Shown piece by piece: positions 26,080 to 38,809 of a stretch of 64,000 nucleotides of DNA. Source of the DNA: Glaucostegus cemiculus (taxonomy: Eukaryota). The stretch is taken from assembly GCA_976551045.1 (NCBI GenBank), contig CDPCPM010000153.1, positions 3,534,001-3,598,000 on the forward strand. Direction: 5' to 3'. A model generated the notes under the pieces. That model saw only the letters and a program-made list of their open reading frames with translations, was not told the DNA's origin and did not search any database. Both the position numbers and the translations under genes were made by a program. How positions within the stretch are numbered: position 1 is the first letter of the stretch; each line of letters opens with the position of its first letter.

Positions 26080-26392
26080 AAAGTACCAGAAATACTCAGC
26101 AGGTCAGGCTGCATCTGTAAAGAGGGAAACATTTCAGGTCAGTTAGATTATTGATTTGAAATATCAATTGTTTCTCCACAGATGCCACCTCACCTACTGA
26201 TTATTTCCACAAGTGAAAAATCAAAAAAACTACATATGCTGGAAATCTAAAACAAAACCAGGATGTGCTGGAAGTATCTGTGGGAAGAGAAACAGAGTCA
26301 GCATTTCAGATTGGAGAACAGTCTGTTGACACTCTTCCCACAGGTGCGACCTGACCTGCTGAGGATTTTCAGCGTCTTGTTTTATTTTCACT
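26080..26392. mobile_element. Two adjacent palindromic Penelope-derived short elements
   Basis: gaaatactcagcaggtcaggctgcatctgt...acagatgccacctcacctactgattatttc, then gctggaaatctaaaacaaaa...gacctgacctgctgaggattttcagc. Confidence 0.7.
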
Positions 26393-27217
26393 TGAGGGGA
26401 ACAGTGCGTGACACTCATGGTTTCCTTGCTATGGACTGGTGCCAAGCTTGAGTACAAGTGCCACTAGCAGAACACGTGATTTAATTGACAATGGGAAATG
26501 ACAAAGCACATTTATTATTGTTGATTCTTGCACTTATTGGTGTTTTGCAATCATACTCAATGTTCTGTAGTTGGGGTCCTTGGCCTTTTGCCTCACACTC
26601 GTCAAATGTTAGTGTCCTGGCACAACTTGGTTTCTGAAAAGTTTCCTTTCCATTTAAAAATGTTTCCAGATGGCCCAGAAATTAATGTAGATATCACCAC
26701 TGTTGATAATTTGCCCAACAAGTGCAAATCTGATTTCTCTTTTCCATGTACATATTCCAAATAATTAAAGTTGCTGGCAGTGAAGGCTTGGCTAGAGAGG
26801 AGTGAGATTGTCAGATGACTGGACAAAATTGAGAATTCACTAATAATAATTCCTAATAATAATAATGAACAGACTATAGTAAGATCTTGTTTTGTATCAT
26901 TGTTAAATATTTATATAAAAAAAGTTAATCAGTAAGTTGGCCAAGTTTTACAGGGGCTTTACTTTTAGCCTTTTCCTCTTTGACTAAAACCCAGTCTATT
27001 CAAATACTATTTTTAAATGTAACTACATTTGTTTTTAATCTCAATTCATTGAAATTTAATTTTAATTTTTTTGAAATTGTGCAGTAAAGATACTTTGATA
27101 TTCTGCCTCTTGGGGCTGGAGTTGGAGAATCTCCAGTCCAAAGCGCAATTTGTGTCCACAGTACAAGCAATGGTTTGAGTCTCAAAGGGCTGCAGGTGGC
27201 TTTGCAGAAAATCTGAA

Positions 27218-27850
27218 GTATTACTAAGGCAAGGACTCTAAACACAGTCTGGTGATGAATGATTTACTTACACAAGATGAGCATGGGAAAATGGTAACAG
27301 GGATAACACACAGTTTATAGTAAGCATGGGAAAAATTGCAAGAGGGGTAAAATACACACATACACCACAAACTGGGTACATACAATCAAGGAAAAACAGT
27401 AAAATACCCACCACTCCTTGACTCAGTCCAGGCACGGTTCTATGCTACCAGGGACCCTAACTAAAATGCTCCCAACCCTTTAACAGTACTCACCTCAGCA
27501 ATGACCTTGCCAGCACCATTCCACAGTCCTTGACCTGAAGTGAGGGAGGGTGATCCCTCAAAGGTTGACAGAGAGGAAGAGCTGAGTACATGTGGCGTCC
27601 TTTATAGTGCTGGAGGGCTGGGAGGGTCCAGCCCAGGTAATTTACAAAGGCCAATGGCCTGGTGCCAGCAAGAACTAATTGATCACAAAGGCCAATGGCC
27701 CGAGGCCAAGTATAAAGGTGCTTAAAGGGACCAATGGTCAGGTGTGCACTGATGGGTGGGGTGGAGCCAAACATTGATTGGTAGTGGTGTGTCTTCTGAC
27801 CAGGTAATAGGCAGTGCTGTCACGTCACTGCCACGATCCTCCACAATACA
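27218..27850 (-). mobile_element. Solo-LTR-like insertion (about 630 nt)
   Basis: The minus strand starts TGTATT and ends AATACT (short inverted termini). In LTR order it carries repeated CCAAT boxes, TATAAA (27606-27601) and AGTAAA (27268-27263). Flanked by a 53-bp direct duplication. Confidence 0.6.
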
Positions 27851-29029
27851 GAGTCTCAAAGGGCTTTGGGTGGTTTTGCAGAAAATCTGAAGTACTACTC
27901 AGGATATTCCATCCATTGACCTTTTAATAGGAAGAAAATAACATGCAATCCATGGTTTTCTGAGAAACTGTCCACTCCTGTATAAGGCCTTGCTGGTGGT
28001 AGTGGCCATCAGATAATTCTGCCCTCTTTGCCCGTGTCAGATGCTGCTCAACATACTTGTTTTATTTTCATTCATGGACAATCAGGTGCATGAAACACTA
28101 GAATAAATTAAACCTCTTCCATTGGCTCCCTGTGTCACTGGTTGAACAGAGCAGAAGATGACCATCCCATATGACTGCTTTATTTAGGCATCAGTGCAGT
28201 ATTAGAAGTGTTTTGGGCTCGCTCAGGTGGTAAGATCAGCAACGTAAAATTGCCAGATTCATTTAAGGCTGTTTCTACACCTCCCCGTGTAAAAATGGGT
28301 TAAAGTTTCACTTGAAAGGAATGTTTGGACCCTGGATAGTGGGAAGTAAGGAAGTGAAAGAGCAGTTTTGTTTCCAGCAAGAGAAAGTTCTCTAATCAGC
28401 CTCCAAAGCATCTGGTGCGTGGCTCCTAAAGCTGTTTCCCACTATTAGAGAGAGTGCCAACAGTTCCGACACGAACATCATATTTAACTAATCTGAGAAT
28501 GTTATTTCTAAGATATTGCAGACATGGGGTTCACCAGAATTGCAGTTGATTCTACACTTGAGTTTCAGAAAATGTTTGAAATGCTTCCATGTTGGTGATT
28601 AATCATTCAATAAGTTGTCACAGATGAGGGGTTTAAAATCTGGTGCTCGAAACATATTTGGTTTAACAACAGGAAACGGAATAAGTAGGGTATCTCACAT
28701 AATCCTCGTCATGTGTAACGGCCACATTCACAAATCCCTTCATCCACATTTCCTTCATTCACCTACCTAATCTAATCTTGAATGTTGATACAATTTCTGC
28801 CTCAACCATAAAAGCCTGAAAGTGAATTCCAAAGTCTTGTGACTGTTGTTATTATTCTGAACTGAATCTCTTATTAATCTTGTGTCTTTCATCTCGTTCT
28901 GGGCCCTTAACTGTTAAAAAGCAGTCTGCTGCTCACCCAGTCTTTCGTAATTTTAAGTGCATAATCGTGTTATCCCTAATCTGCATTGTTCCACCAAGAT
29001 GTCTGTCTGTCTGTCCTACAGTAAATGAA

Positions 29030-29245
29030 AATCAAAAACACTGCAGATGTGGGAAATCTGAAACAAAAACAGATAATGCCAGAAGCACTCAAAGGGTCAG
29101 GCAACATCTGTGGAAAGAGAAACAGAGTTAATGTTCCAGGTCAAAGACCCTTCATCAGAACTGTCTGCTGCTTCAGATGTTAACTCTGTTTATCTTTCCA
29201 CAGACACTACCTGACCTGGGAGTTTCCAGCAATTTTTGCTTTTGC
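29030..29245. mobile_element. Palindromic Penelope-derived element with a minus-strand hammerhead remnant
   Basis: The minus strand reads cagtt-CTGATGA-agggtctttgacct-GGAAC-att-aact (GAAA mutated), followed by an inverted arm. Confidence 0.75.
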
Positions 29246-31084
29246 ATCTGTCTGTCTGTTTCTTCAGACCAGGATTCCAAATGAAACTGCATTAAATTTG
29301 CAATATCTTTCTATAGGACTCATAATGGTGCTGCAGAGTGTCCATCTAATTTTAAACAGGCTTATTATTGATTGTTACGTTCTGTGTCTCTTAACATAAA
29401 ACCCAAATTCAGTGAGCTTTTTGGGCAGTGTTGTATCCTGTGAGCCTAAACCTAAACTCCGTAGCGCTGAGTGTATTTAAGAGCTTAACTACTGCTTTGT
29501 TTTGACGTAAAAATGCATCTTCTTGCACTCAGTAACATTCAATTCCATCTGACACTTTTTGGTACATTTTTTATCAATGTCCATTCTCGGTTTCTTTTTT
29601 TCTTTTACCCCCAAGTTCCAAGTCAATATATCAAAAATTACAGTAGTCTGGTGTTAACAAGTTTTTATACTGCATATCCAGAGCTGTATCCAAACTATTA
29701 ATGAACACAAGTGCCCCACAGCTGACCATTGAGGGATCTATCAGGTTACAACCCCTCTAATTTTTCTTTTATGTTCTGGTTTGTTACCATATCAATGCTC
29801 CTTAATGTTTTATAATAAGCTCCCGTGTGCTACCTTCTGACCCAGGACAATTCAACCAGGTTTTACAAATATTAACTATCCTGCTTGCTTATGGCAAAAA
29901 AAAAGACCATTTCACTATCCTTTACATTGGAACAAGGTGCACTGAAATAGTTCAAAAGCATGAGACTCGGTTACATGTGTTAAACCAGCATCTTGACCCT
30001 TCTTCCCGTGTACGTTTTTAAATATTTGTTGCTAAGAAGGTTAAAAAAAATAACCAGTGTCAGATGGGGACAAGTTTTAAATGCAAACTTCAAAATACAT
30101 TCATAGTATATAGCACAGCAGGAGACCATTTGACCAAGTCCGTGTGAGCTCTTGTGGAAAACAATCCAATTAGTGCCCCTCCTCTGCCATTACTCCATGC
30201 CCATGCAATATTTTTTCCTCCTTCAAGTACTTATCCAATTTCATTTGGAAAGCTACTATTGAATTTGTTTCCACCACCCTATTGGGCAATACATTCTAAA
30301 TCCCAACCACTTGTGTGAACTAAATAAACTTCTCAAATATGTTGTAGCTTTTTGCCAATCAGCTTAAGTCATGTAAATTTACAGTCTAGAAGGAGGTCAT
30401 TTGAGCCAGCATGTCTGCCCTGACCAAAATAAAAAGCTATCCAGCTTAAATCCAGTTTCCAGCTCTTGTTAGGTTATGGTTCTTCAAGTACTTAGTAAGA
30501 TGCATTTAAAATGAATTGAGATTTCTCCCTTCACCTTCATTTCAGGCAGTGTACAAAATCACTCTTCAAGCGAAAAGAACTCTCTTCAATTCTTTACTAA
30601 TCCCTTCACCAATCGCGCTCCTTGCACCCCCTTCCCCCCCCCCCACCCAGCACCCCCCAACCCAAGTCAGTGTATTCTGTTAATAGAGCCTTCCTTTTCA
30701 GGATTTGCCTTGAACAAATCTGTACTGAATCCCCTTTATTATTTGGTATGCATCCAAGTAGCTGTTAATTTTCTCCTGGATAAATGTTTCCCTACAGCCA
30801 GCATTAGATTGACTGGACAAGTTTATCTTTCTCTCCTTTTTTTTTGTGAACAAAGTTGTAACATTTACAGTCATCTCCATTCCTCTTGCACCATCCCTGC
30901 ATCTAAACAGAATTAGGAGATTGGGATTGGTAACTTTTTCTTTGAGAAGACAAGTTTCCTAAAATAGATATGCTGTTGTGGAAGTATTTTGTTAAATTAA
31001 AAACTCCAAGTCTATTTGGAAGATGTGAACAGTATTAGTAACATGGTCACATGTACTGTAAGTGTTTCTGATATCTGCATAGTC

Positions 31085-31355
31085 ACTCAGCACAGAAAAA
31101 GGCCCTTCAGCCCCATGTCCACTTTGACCCTCAAACACCCCCTTCTGCATAGCCGACACTCCCATTTTATTGTCCCCACATTCTCATCAACTCCCCCCAA
31201 ATTCTAACACACACCCTCACATTTTTGGGATGTGGGAGGAAACTAGAGAACTCAGAGGAAACCCACATAGTTGTGGAAAAACTGGCAAACTCCACACAGG
31301 CAGCACTGGAGGTTTGAATTGAACCTGGGTCATGGGAGCTGTGAGGCAGCAGTTC
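31085..31355 (-). mobile_element. V-SINE (HE1-like), decayed
   Basis: tgtgggaggaaactagagaactcagaggaaacccaca...gcaaactccacac is the reverse complement of the V domain. Confidence 0.75.
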
Positions 31356-34059
31356 TACTAACTGTGACTGGCAAAATGGTCTTGCTAATAGATTTTTGCA
31401 ATTCCAGTAAACAATGGATATACATTGGATTTAAACAGAAAACAAGTAACTGGTTAAATTGTTCCTGTTTTCCAGTGCGCTGTTTGGAGGTGACACTAAT
31501 ATTAAATACAGCGACTCAAGGTGAAGGTATATTAGGGAGATGTAGGTCTTGCAGATTGTATTCTACTCCAATCACCATGATCAGCCTAGTGGTAACATTG
31601 CCGATGGTGTATGAGCTTGGTGGAATGAGGAAACTGATATACAGGCGCAAACTATACATGTAAAGCTTTCAGGTGCCCAAGTGATTTGCATTCCATTCCA
31701 GGAGATAGTTGAACAATTCTGCAGGATTTGGAGTTCTGTTCATTTATGCAAAATTTTAACAGTAGAATGATTTAGCCTAGCAACATACACCCTCCAGATC
31801 TTTTTGTGATTTCCTCCTCTTAATCATTCTCACGTAAATCTGTCTGCACAATCATTTTTTTCTCTTTACATGTTTTTGTGCTCAGCTCTCTTCATACTTG
31901 TAATGGCATCCTTATTAGCTAAGGTAGGGAGGTACTGCTTTCTAGAAACCACAATTCTACAACTCCTGATGATCCTTCTGCCACAAGGCCTAATTGCTTC
32001 CTGGCCGGCCTGTTTATCGGCCTACTGGCTGACTTGCCATCCTCCTTGGAGTGAAAAAGGCTCCACAAGTACTTTAGCCCCAAGTTAGGTGTTATTTCAA
32101 TAGAATAGAATAAGGCCATTGATGCAGGGTGCCAATGCAGGTTAAAAAGCATAGGAGAGAAGATGAGGTAAATGCAATGGCATTTAGCTGGTGAAAAGGA
32201 CCTGAATGCAGAAAAGAATACTGAGGGAGTCCTGAAATCCCCAGTTAGAGAAAGACTCGGGTGCACTGAATCTTGAGCAGAAAGAATTATAAGTTAAATC
32301 ATTTGCGGATTATAAGAGAACTGCAAAATGAAAACTGACTGAAGTGGTAATGGTGGCATTAAAAAACTGCACAAGTTTGCAGTGAAGAGAAGCTGAAATT
32401 GAGTACTAGATCAGTTTTTATTGTGTTGTGTTTTTGGCTAAAAAAAAATAACTGCTTCATTGAGTATTTGGGTGAAAAAAAATAAATCATTCGTAGATGC
32501 ATGTATTCCATGCATCCCATCCAGGAGTGGGACAGAAGTGCTTGAGGAGCTTCCTAGCAATGGGACCAGGATGTAGATACTGAAAAGCAAGTACCAGTTC
32601 TGTTGAGAAACAATTGAGTAAAGTGTGACTAGTAATTAGAGTAGGTGTGTGCAGGACAGATAAGATTAGGCGATTAATCAAAGGTCAATGCATTTGTGTG
32701 ATGTGGCAGAAACAATATTTTTAAGATTTGATTTTGAGTTTCAAGTATTGTTACCTGGAATATCTGAGATTCAAGATATCCACCAAGGTCACAGAATTGT
32801 TTGAAATATGCAGAAGTGAGCAAGAGATGCTTTGACATTTTGAATTAATTTGATGGCAAATTCTGTGACTCGGAGTTGAACCATAAGTGGGCACCAAAAG
32901 AAGATAAGAATATCAAAGGCTTTGCATTCTAGAATGGAGGTCACCGCAACATCTCACAAAAGAGCCTAACTGTTGATAGGGCAAGTGAAGGCAAAGAGCC
33001 AAGAAAAAATTGGAAATGCAAGAGGAAAAATAAAATGAAAAATCTAAACAAGTACAAAAATCCCAGAACTGATCAAAGAAACCGACAAGGAAGGGTTTTT
33101 TTTGGATAACACTTTGCATATTTTGTGTTTTTAATTTTGTGATTAGTTTTGAAACTAGTGATGAATTTAATCACTTTATATTATGCCAAATTTCTGTCAC
33201 GTGGGTGACGTTTTACAGTTTGCACAGAAATCATGCTTAACCACTTATTCCCTGTAATTAAGATGTTCCCATTGATGCAGGATGCATTACATTGTGGCTG
33301 ACTTTCTACTTCATAAAATTTGGGCAGCACAAATACCTTGCTGCTGCACTCAGCCTATGTACAGCAACTTGCATTCTGTAGCGCCATTAACATGATTAAA
33401 AAGAATCATCTAAGGTGCTTCACAAGAGCATTATGGTATTGGGCCATGTAGGAGCCTTGGAGCCATACAACAAAGAAATAGGCTCTGCATCCCACTATAT
33501 CCATGCTGACCATCAATTACCCATCCACAAGAATCCCATTTCCCAGCACTTGGTCCCTAGCCTTCTATCCCTTGACAATTCAAGTGCTCATTCAGATACT
33601 TAAATGTTGTGAAAGTACTTGCCTCCGCCACCCCCTCAGGCAGTTCATTCCAGAGTATTGAGCCAGCCTCGTTCTACCCTCCATAAACCCCATAAAAGTT
33701 TTTTTTGTTAGATGACACTCCTGTGGAACACTTTGGGATGTTTTTGCTCTGTCAGAGGTGACGTATAGATAGAATCTTGTAGCAAGTCAAAAGGGGAGTC
33801 GATGGAAAAGAGAGAAGTTTCAAGAAGGAGTTCTTGAGCTTTAGGCCGATTAGCTGCCAGTTGTGGAGAAGTTAACGTGTGTGGTCAGAAGGGCAAAAAG
33901 TCAAGTTTGTGATGGAGGTGGAAGGCAGTGGCCTCGGTTGTGCCAATATTCAGTGACGAAATTTCTGCATCAAGTCTAACAAGTTAGAAACAGTGGAAAG
34001 GTTGAGGTGGTAAGGAGGTGCTCCATACTGTGTTATGCCACCAAGGGCAGCAGGAAAAT

Positions 34060-34256
34060 GAGAAATAGTGGGGGAGGGTGGGAACAAGTGGTGGAAAGAA
34101 CGGTGATCTGGTAAAGGGTCAGTCCTGCTGAGGGGTCTCGACCTGAAACATCGACTGTTTATTTCCCTCCATAAATGCTGCCTGACCTGCTGAGTTCCTC
34201 CAGCATTTTGTGTGTGTGTTGCTCCAGATTTCCAGCATCTGTAGAATCTCTTGTGT
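34060..34256 (+). mobile_element. Penelope-derived terminal element with a mutated hammerhead motif (34120-34157)
   Basis: cagtc-CTGCTGA-g-gggtc-tc-gacct-GAAAC-atc-gactg. Stem I (cagtc/gactg) is perfect but the core is altered. Confidence 0.8.
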
Positions 34257-34259
34257 GTC

Positions 34260-35340
34260 AGTTGAGGGAGTGGGCCTGGGTAGGTCTGATACAAGGATTG
34301 CTCCTATCTCACAAAAAGATGGGCACGGCTGGGGCTACACAGTGCTCATAGCTACACCTTTTGATCTGGAGAAAGTTGAAGGAAGTTGAAAGTTCAATGT
34401 GAATACAAGTGTGAATGAGTGTTGTTGGTGGAGAGGAACTGATTAGGCCTTTGTTAAGGAAGAAGCAGAGAGCCCTCAGTCCATCTTGGTGTGGAATGCA
34501 GGTGTTGAGGAATTGGATGTCCAGGGTGAAGGTGAACTGGTTGGGACCTTGGAATCAGAATCAGATTTATTATCACTGACTTGTGTGACATGAAATGTGT
34601 TGTTTTGCGGCTGCAGTACATTGCAAAGGCATAAATTTACTATAAATTACAGAAATAAATAGTGCAAGAGAAAAGGAATAACGAGATAGTGTTCACGGAC
34701 CATTCAGTAATCTGATGGCGGAGGGAAAGAAGCTGTTTCTGAATCATTGAGTGTGGATCCTTCAGGCTTTTGTACCTCCTCCCAGATGGTGAGGGTCCTT
34801 AATGATGGAGGTCGCCTTCTTGAGGCTCTGCCTCTTGAAGATGTCCTCGATGGCGGGGAGGATTGTGCCTGTGATGGAGCTGGCTGAGTCTACAACCCTC
34901 TGCAGTCTCTTGCGATCCTGTGCATTGGAGCCTCCGTACCAGGCAGTGATGCAACCAGTCAAAATACTCTCTACTGTACATCTATAGAAATTTGTAAGAG
35001 TCTTTGGTGACAGACCAAATCTGCTCAAACTCCTAGCATGCCTTCTATGTGATTGTATCAATGTGTTGAGCCCAGGATAGAATAGGATTTGGAAACTGTC
35101 AAATTGGTGGAGGTCATTGGAGATATCACAAATGTACGTGGGAAGGGGCTGGATGAGGAGAGCAAGGATGAGGTCAAGGTAGGAAGAAATATGCTCGGTG
35201 GGGCAAGAGTAGGCTGAACCAGTGGGTCTACCCATCAGTGCTGCTTATGGATCATGGACAGGAGGTAGAAGGGCTATATAAGGTTAAGAGACGGCACGGC
35301 TAGAAGCTGTGGAGAGAAGATCTCCCGAGGAAATGACTGG
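34260..35340 (-). mobile_element. Penelope-like RT fragment split by a Rex1 insertion
   Basis: GRP..SAYSCPTEHISSYLDLIL.LLIQ.LPTYI.D...FDSFQ (35235-35089) resumes as FQGPNQFTFTLDIQFLNTCIPHQDGLRAL and FLQIK/GVAMST (34554-34310). Confidence 0.8.
34555..35082 (-). mobile_element. Rex1/Babar LINE 3' fragment
   Basis: LSRFGLSPKTLTNFYRCTVESILTGCITAWYG...DRKRLQRVV..A..I.G..LP.IEDI...KATSIIKDPHH, with an aataaatctgattctga tail. Confidence 0.9.
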
Positions 35341-36364
35341 GATGCTCTTAATTATTGGTTACTTTAGAAATGTGATAAATATCTAGTAATGAAACTGAAG
35401 GCTGAGTTTTTGTCAGTTTGCTTTTGCTGAAGGTGGATTGTACAGTCTTCCAGCAATACCTGTTGTTTCATTTTGGGGCCACTCAGGCCATTTAAGAAGT
35501 TTTTTTTATCAAGTAACTTGTAGACTCGTGGTCAAAGCTCAGTGTTTCAAGGTCTCCAGTGCTAGATGTTGATTATTGATGCTTATCTCATTGAAAGGTT
35601 GAGATAAATAGCTTGTGAAGGCAGCTCTTGTTTAGGTTGTCGTATTGTGGATATGATTGATGTCAGTACTTTAATTCTACTGTGTCATATGACAATGACG
35701 CAAATGTACATGGAAAGTGCATCCTGCCTGTGGCAGGATTCTGCCCTACCCTGTCCTGTTTTGTGTTCTCCCTGTCTTTCTTCTAAACTTTGACAGCAAT
35801 CTTTCTTTCCTCAGTCTTGTTCTATAGCTAATGCAAGTGTAAGGAACACTTTATAGAAAAGACATTGGATCATACTTGTAAGCTACTTTCCCTATCACAA
35901 AACACAAAGGTGAAAAATATAAAGCTGCACCTACCAGACTATTGACCAGATTTAACAACTGTAATTCAGTATAATTTACTGACATTGGATTATATGGCAG
36001 TTTAAACAGAATTCATTATTTTCAATTTTAATAAAAGCTATCCCATTTAATTATAAAATACAACTCCTCCTTTGTTTGCCCAACATACCAAAATCAATGT
36101 AATTTGTAAATGTGATCAGTTTACTCCTAATATCTGAATCTATTTCATTGACCCACATTAGAAACAAATGGGGTGCCACCACTGACACTCGTCTCAGTGG
36201 GAGACTGGGGGTTGCTGTGAAGCAATGCAAGGAGTTGAAAACAAGGATGAAGATTTTAAAATTGAAGTATTTTCAAAGCGAAAGCCAGTGTAAGTTAGCA
36301 GGCATAATGGATGAGTGAGATTCATAATGTTAATATGCATGCTGTGAAGTTCTGAATGAGTGTC

Positions 36365-36680
36365 AGAGTGATACAGCCTGGAAACAGGCCCTTCAGCCCA
36401 ATTTGTCCATGCTAACCAATTTACCTACTCATCCCAATTGACTGCATTTGGCCCCTATCCATGTACCTGTCCAAATATAATTTAAAAGCTGTAACTGTAA
36501 CCATCTCTACCACTTACACTGGCAGCTCATTCCAAATACCCACCTTCAGCATGAAAAACTTACCCCTCAGGTCCCCTTTACATCTTTTCCCGCTCACCTT
36601 AACCTTATTCTCTCTAGTTTCAGACTCCTCTACCCTGATAAAAAGACTGCGACCATTAACCCTATCTGTGCCCCATGTGG
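36365..36680 (-). mobile_element. CR1 3' end
   Basis: acagcctggaaacaggcccttcagccc...ggcagctcattcca...cccctcaggtcccctt. Confidence 0.8.
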
Positions 36681-36779
36681 TAACATAGTACTGCTCTTCT
36701 AAACTCAGTCAACCCTTGAGGTCCAATACCCAGAGAAGTACTTAAGTAGGGATAAGATGAATTTTTTCCCCTCCTCTCC

Positions 36780-37800
36780 CCCCCCTCCCCCTCCAAACTA
36801 GAAGGCTGGCCAGTAGAGTGTTGGAGTAGTGAACTGTAGAGGTGGCAAAGGCATGGCTGGGGATTTCAGTAGCAGTCGCGAGTGGAGTAACGCTGGGGAG
36901 ATGGAAATAGGAAATCTTAGTGATGGGGCGATACATGGATAAAAACTCGGCTCCATATCAACCACAACACCAAGGCTGCCAATGGTCTGACTCAGCTTCA
37001 GTTTCCTAGGGTGGGTGGTGGCCAGTGAACTGAGTTTGTGGTGGGAACCAAAGGAAATGGCTCAAGTCTTCCCAAGACTGCAAGAAATTGCTGCTCAGCC
37101 AAAATTGGATATCATTTAAACAATGTGACAAATCTGAGATAGTGGCATCCGCACCTTGAACTTGATGTTGTGCTTCTGAATGATATCACCAAGAGAAATA
37201 GAAAGGGGCCAAGTAACTCCAGAGATAAGGCGTGAATAGGAAGAGAGCCCATGAAAGCTGATTTGATAAATAAGAATGAACCGAATATGGGCAATGCCAT
37301 CCAGCCAGCCAGGCAAAGGAAAGGAGGTTTTGGAGACAGATAGTGTGGTTAATGCTGGGGAAGGCAGCAGACAGGCAAATAAGAACAAGAAGGGCTAGAC
37401 TAACAGTCGAGATTGCAAAGACTAAAGAGACTGCAGATGCTGGAATCTGGAAGAAAAAACAATGCTGTCAGTGGGTCAAGCAGCATCTGTGGAGGCCAAA
37501 AGGTGTAAGCTGCAGTTTCAGGATTATAAAAATGTCATTGTGACTTCGGTTGCTCCAATACTGCAGCAGGACTAGCAACCTGAATGGAGGGATCCAAACA
37601 GGACTGAGGGAAAGATGGCACAGATTTGGAAGGTGCCAATGAACTCAAGTACTTCAGGTAGGGAAGGGAGTTTGGAGACAGGTTGGCAACTTGCAGAGAC
37701 AGTGAGGTCAAGGGAGGCAAAAGTGAGGAAATAATCGAGGCAAGCAGAAGATGGGTGACGATGGAGAGGAGAGGGTGAGTGGATTGGAATGTAGCTGGTT
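36780..37800 (-). mobile_element. Decayed L2-like fragments with a Penelope-derived insert at about 37420-37500
   Basis: The minus strand reads LGPFLF...LGDIIQKHNIKF.VRMP (RT C-motif remnant). The insert is agactgcagatgctggaatctgg. Confidence 0.55.
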
Positions 37801-38809
37801 ACACAAAATAACTTGGAATGAAATAAGGAAAAAGTTTGTGACGCACACAACAGTTCAGGGGAGGGGCACTGAGGAGAAAGACAGACCCGGTGTCCAGTGT
37901 TATTCAGCACAATGGTGGATTAGCAGCTGGCTTGCTTAACAAATTAGAAAACTTTTCCATTCAGTCTGCCATATTTCTGCATCTGGTTTACATCAGCTGA
38001 GCTAGGATTCACCTTTTAACAGAAGTTGAAAGCCTGACTTCACAAATTGGTGAGATTTTTGAGATAAAGTTTAATTGACTAAGATGACATTCCTGCTCTT
38101 GTTTCTGCCATATGTTTTATCCCATACCATTTCTGTTTTCCTTCCACATTGCTCTCTCTGCATGTGCGTGCGCGTGCACACTTGCACACTCACACCCTCC
38201 TCCTCCCCTTGCCCCACATAATTTTTCTCACTCTTCCATATTTGTGCACTCTCTTTCCCACGCTTTCTGCTTTCTCAGTATTCTTTGTCACCCCTCTGCC
38301 TGCCTTTCCCCTCACCCCTTCAGTCTCCTCTGGTCTCTTGCCTTGCCTAATTTTTCAAACACAGCTCTGGGATCTTTTATTGCCACCTAAACAAACTACT
38401 GGAGACTAGGTTTAGTGGCTTATCTAAAAATAAAATCAAGACGTCTCTCAGTTCCACACTCATTGTGCAGGAGTGTTGTGCTGATTTTATCATCAAATCT
38501 CTGGAATGAGATTTGAAGCCATGACCTTCTGATTCAGAGGCAAGATTGGTCAAACAGAAGAATCATCTCTCCCTCCATAAGAATGAGAAGATTTTATTAA
38601 AATGGGGCTGTTCAAAATGTGACAATCCCTTCAACACTTCATCCATTGTATGCCATTCAGTTACCTTGTGCTTGATTTGTATGTCAGCCTCACTTATGTG
38701 CCTTTACAGCCCTTAAGATGTATCTCAGCAGTAAGTGTTTAAGTGAATCGATTAGATTTGTAGTTTTCAAAGTGTAGTTTGGTAGAAATAAGACTGTATG
38801 CAGAAAACA

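Noticed and set aside
32480-33100. Possible decayed transposase-like coding remnant
   Set aside because: Purine-rich and coding-like by eye, but I could not identify any diagnostic motif.
34762-35235. 157-aa ORF as a novel RT-like gene
   Set aside because: It is a fusion of Penelope and Rex1 debris and lacks the RT catalytic core.
38160-38195. Alternating purine-pyrimidine tract with Z-DNA potential
   Set aside because: Short, interrupted microsatellite remnant with no evidence of function.
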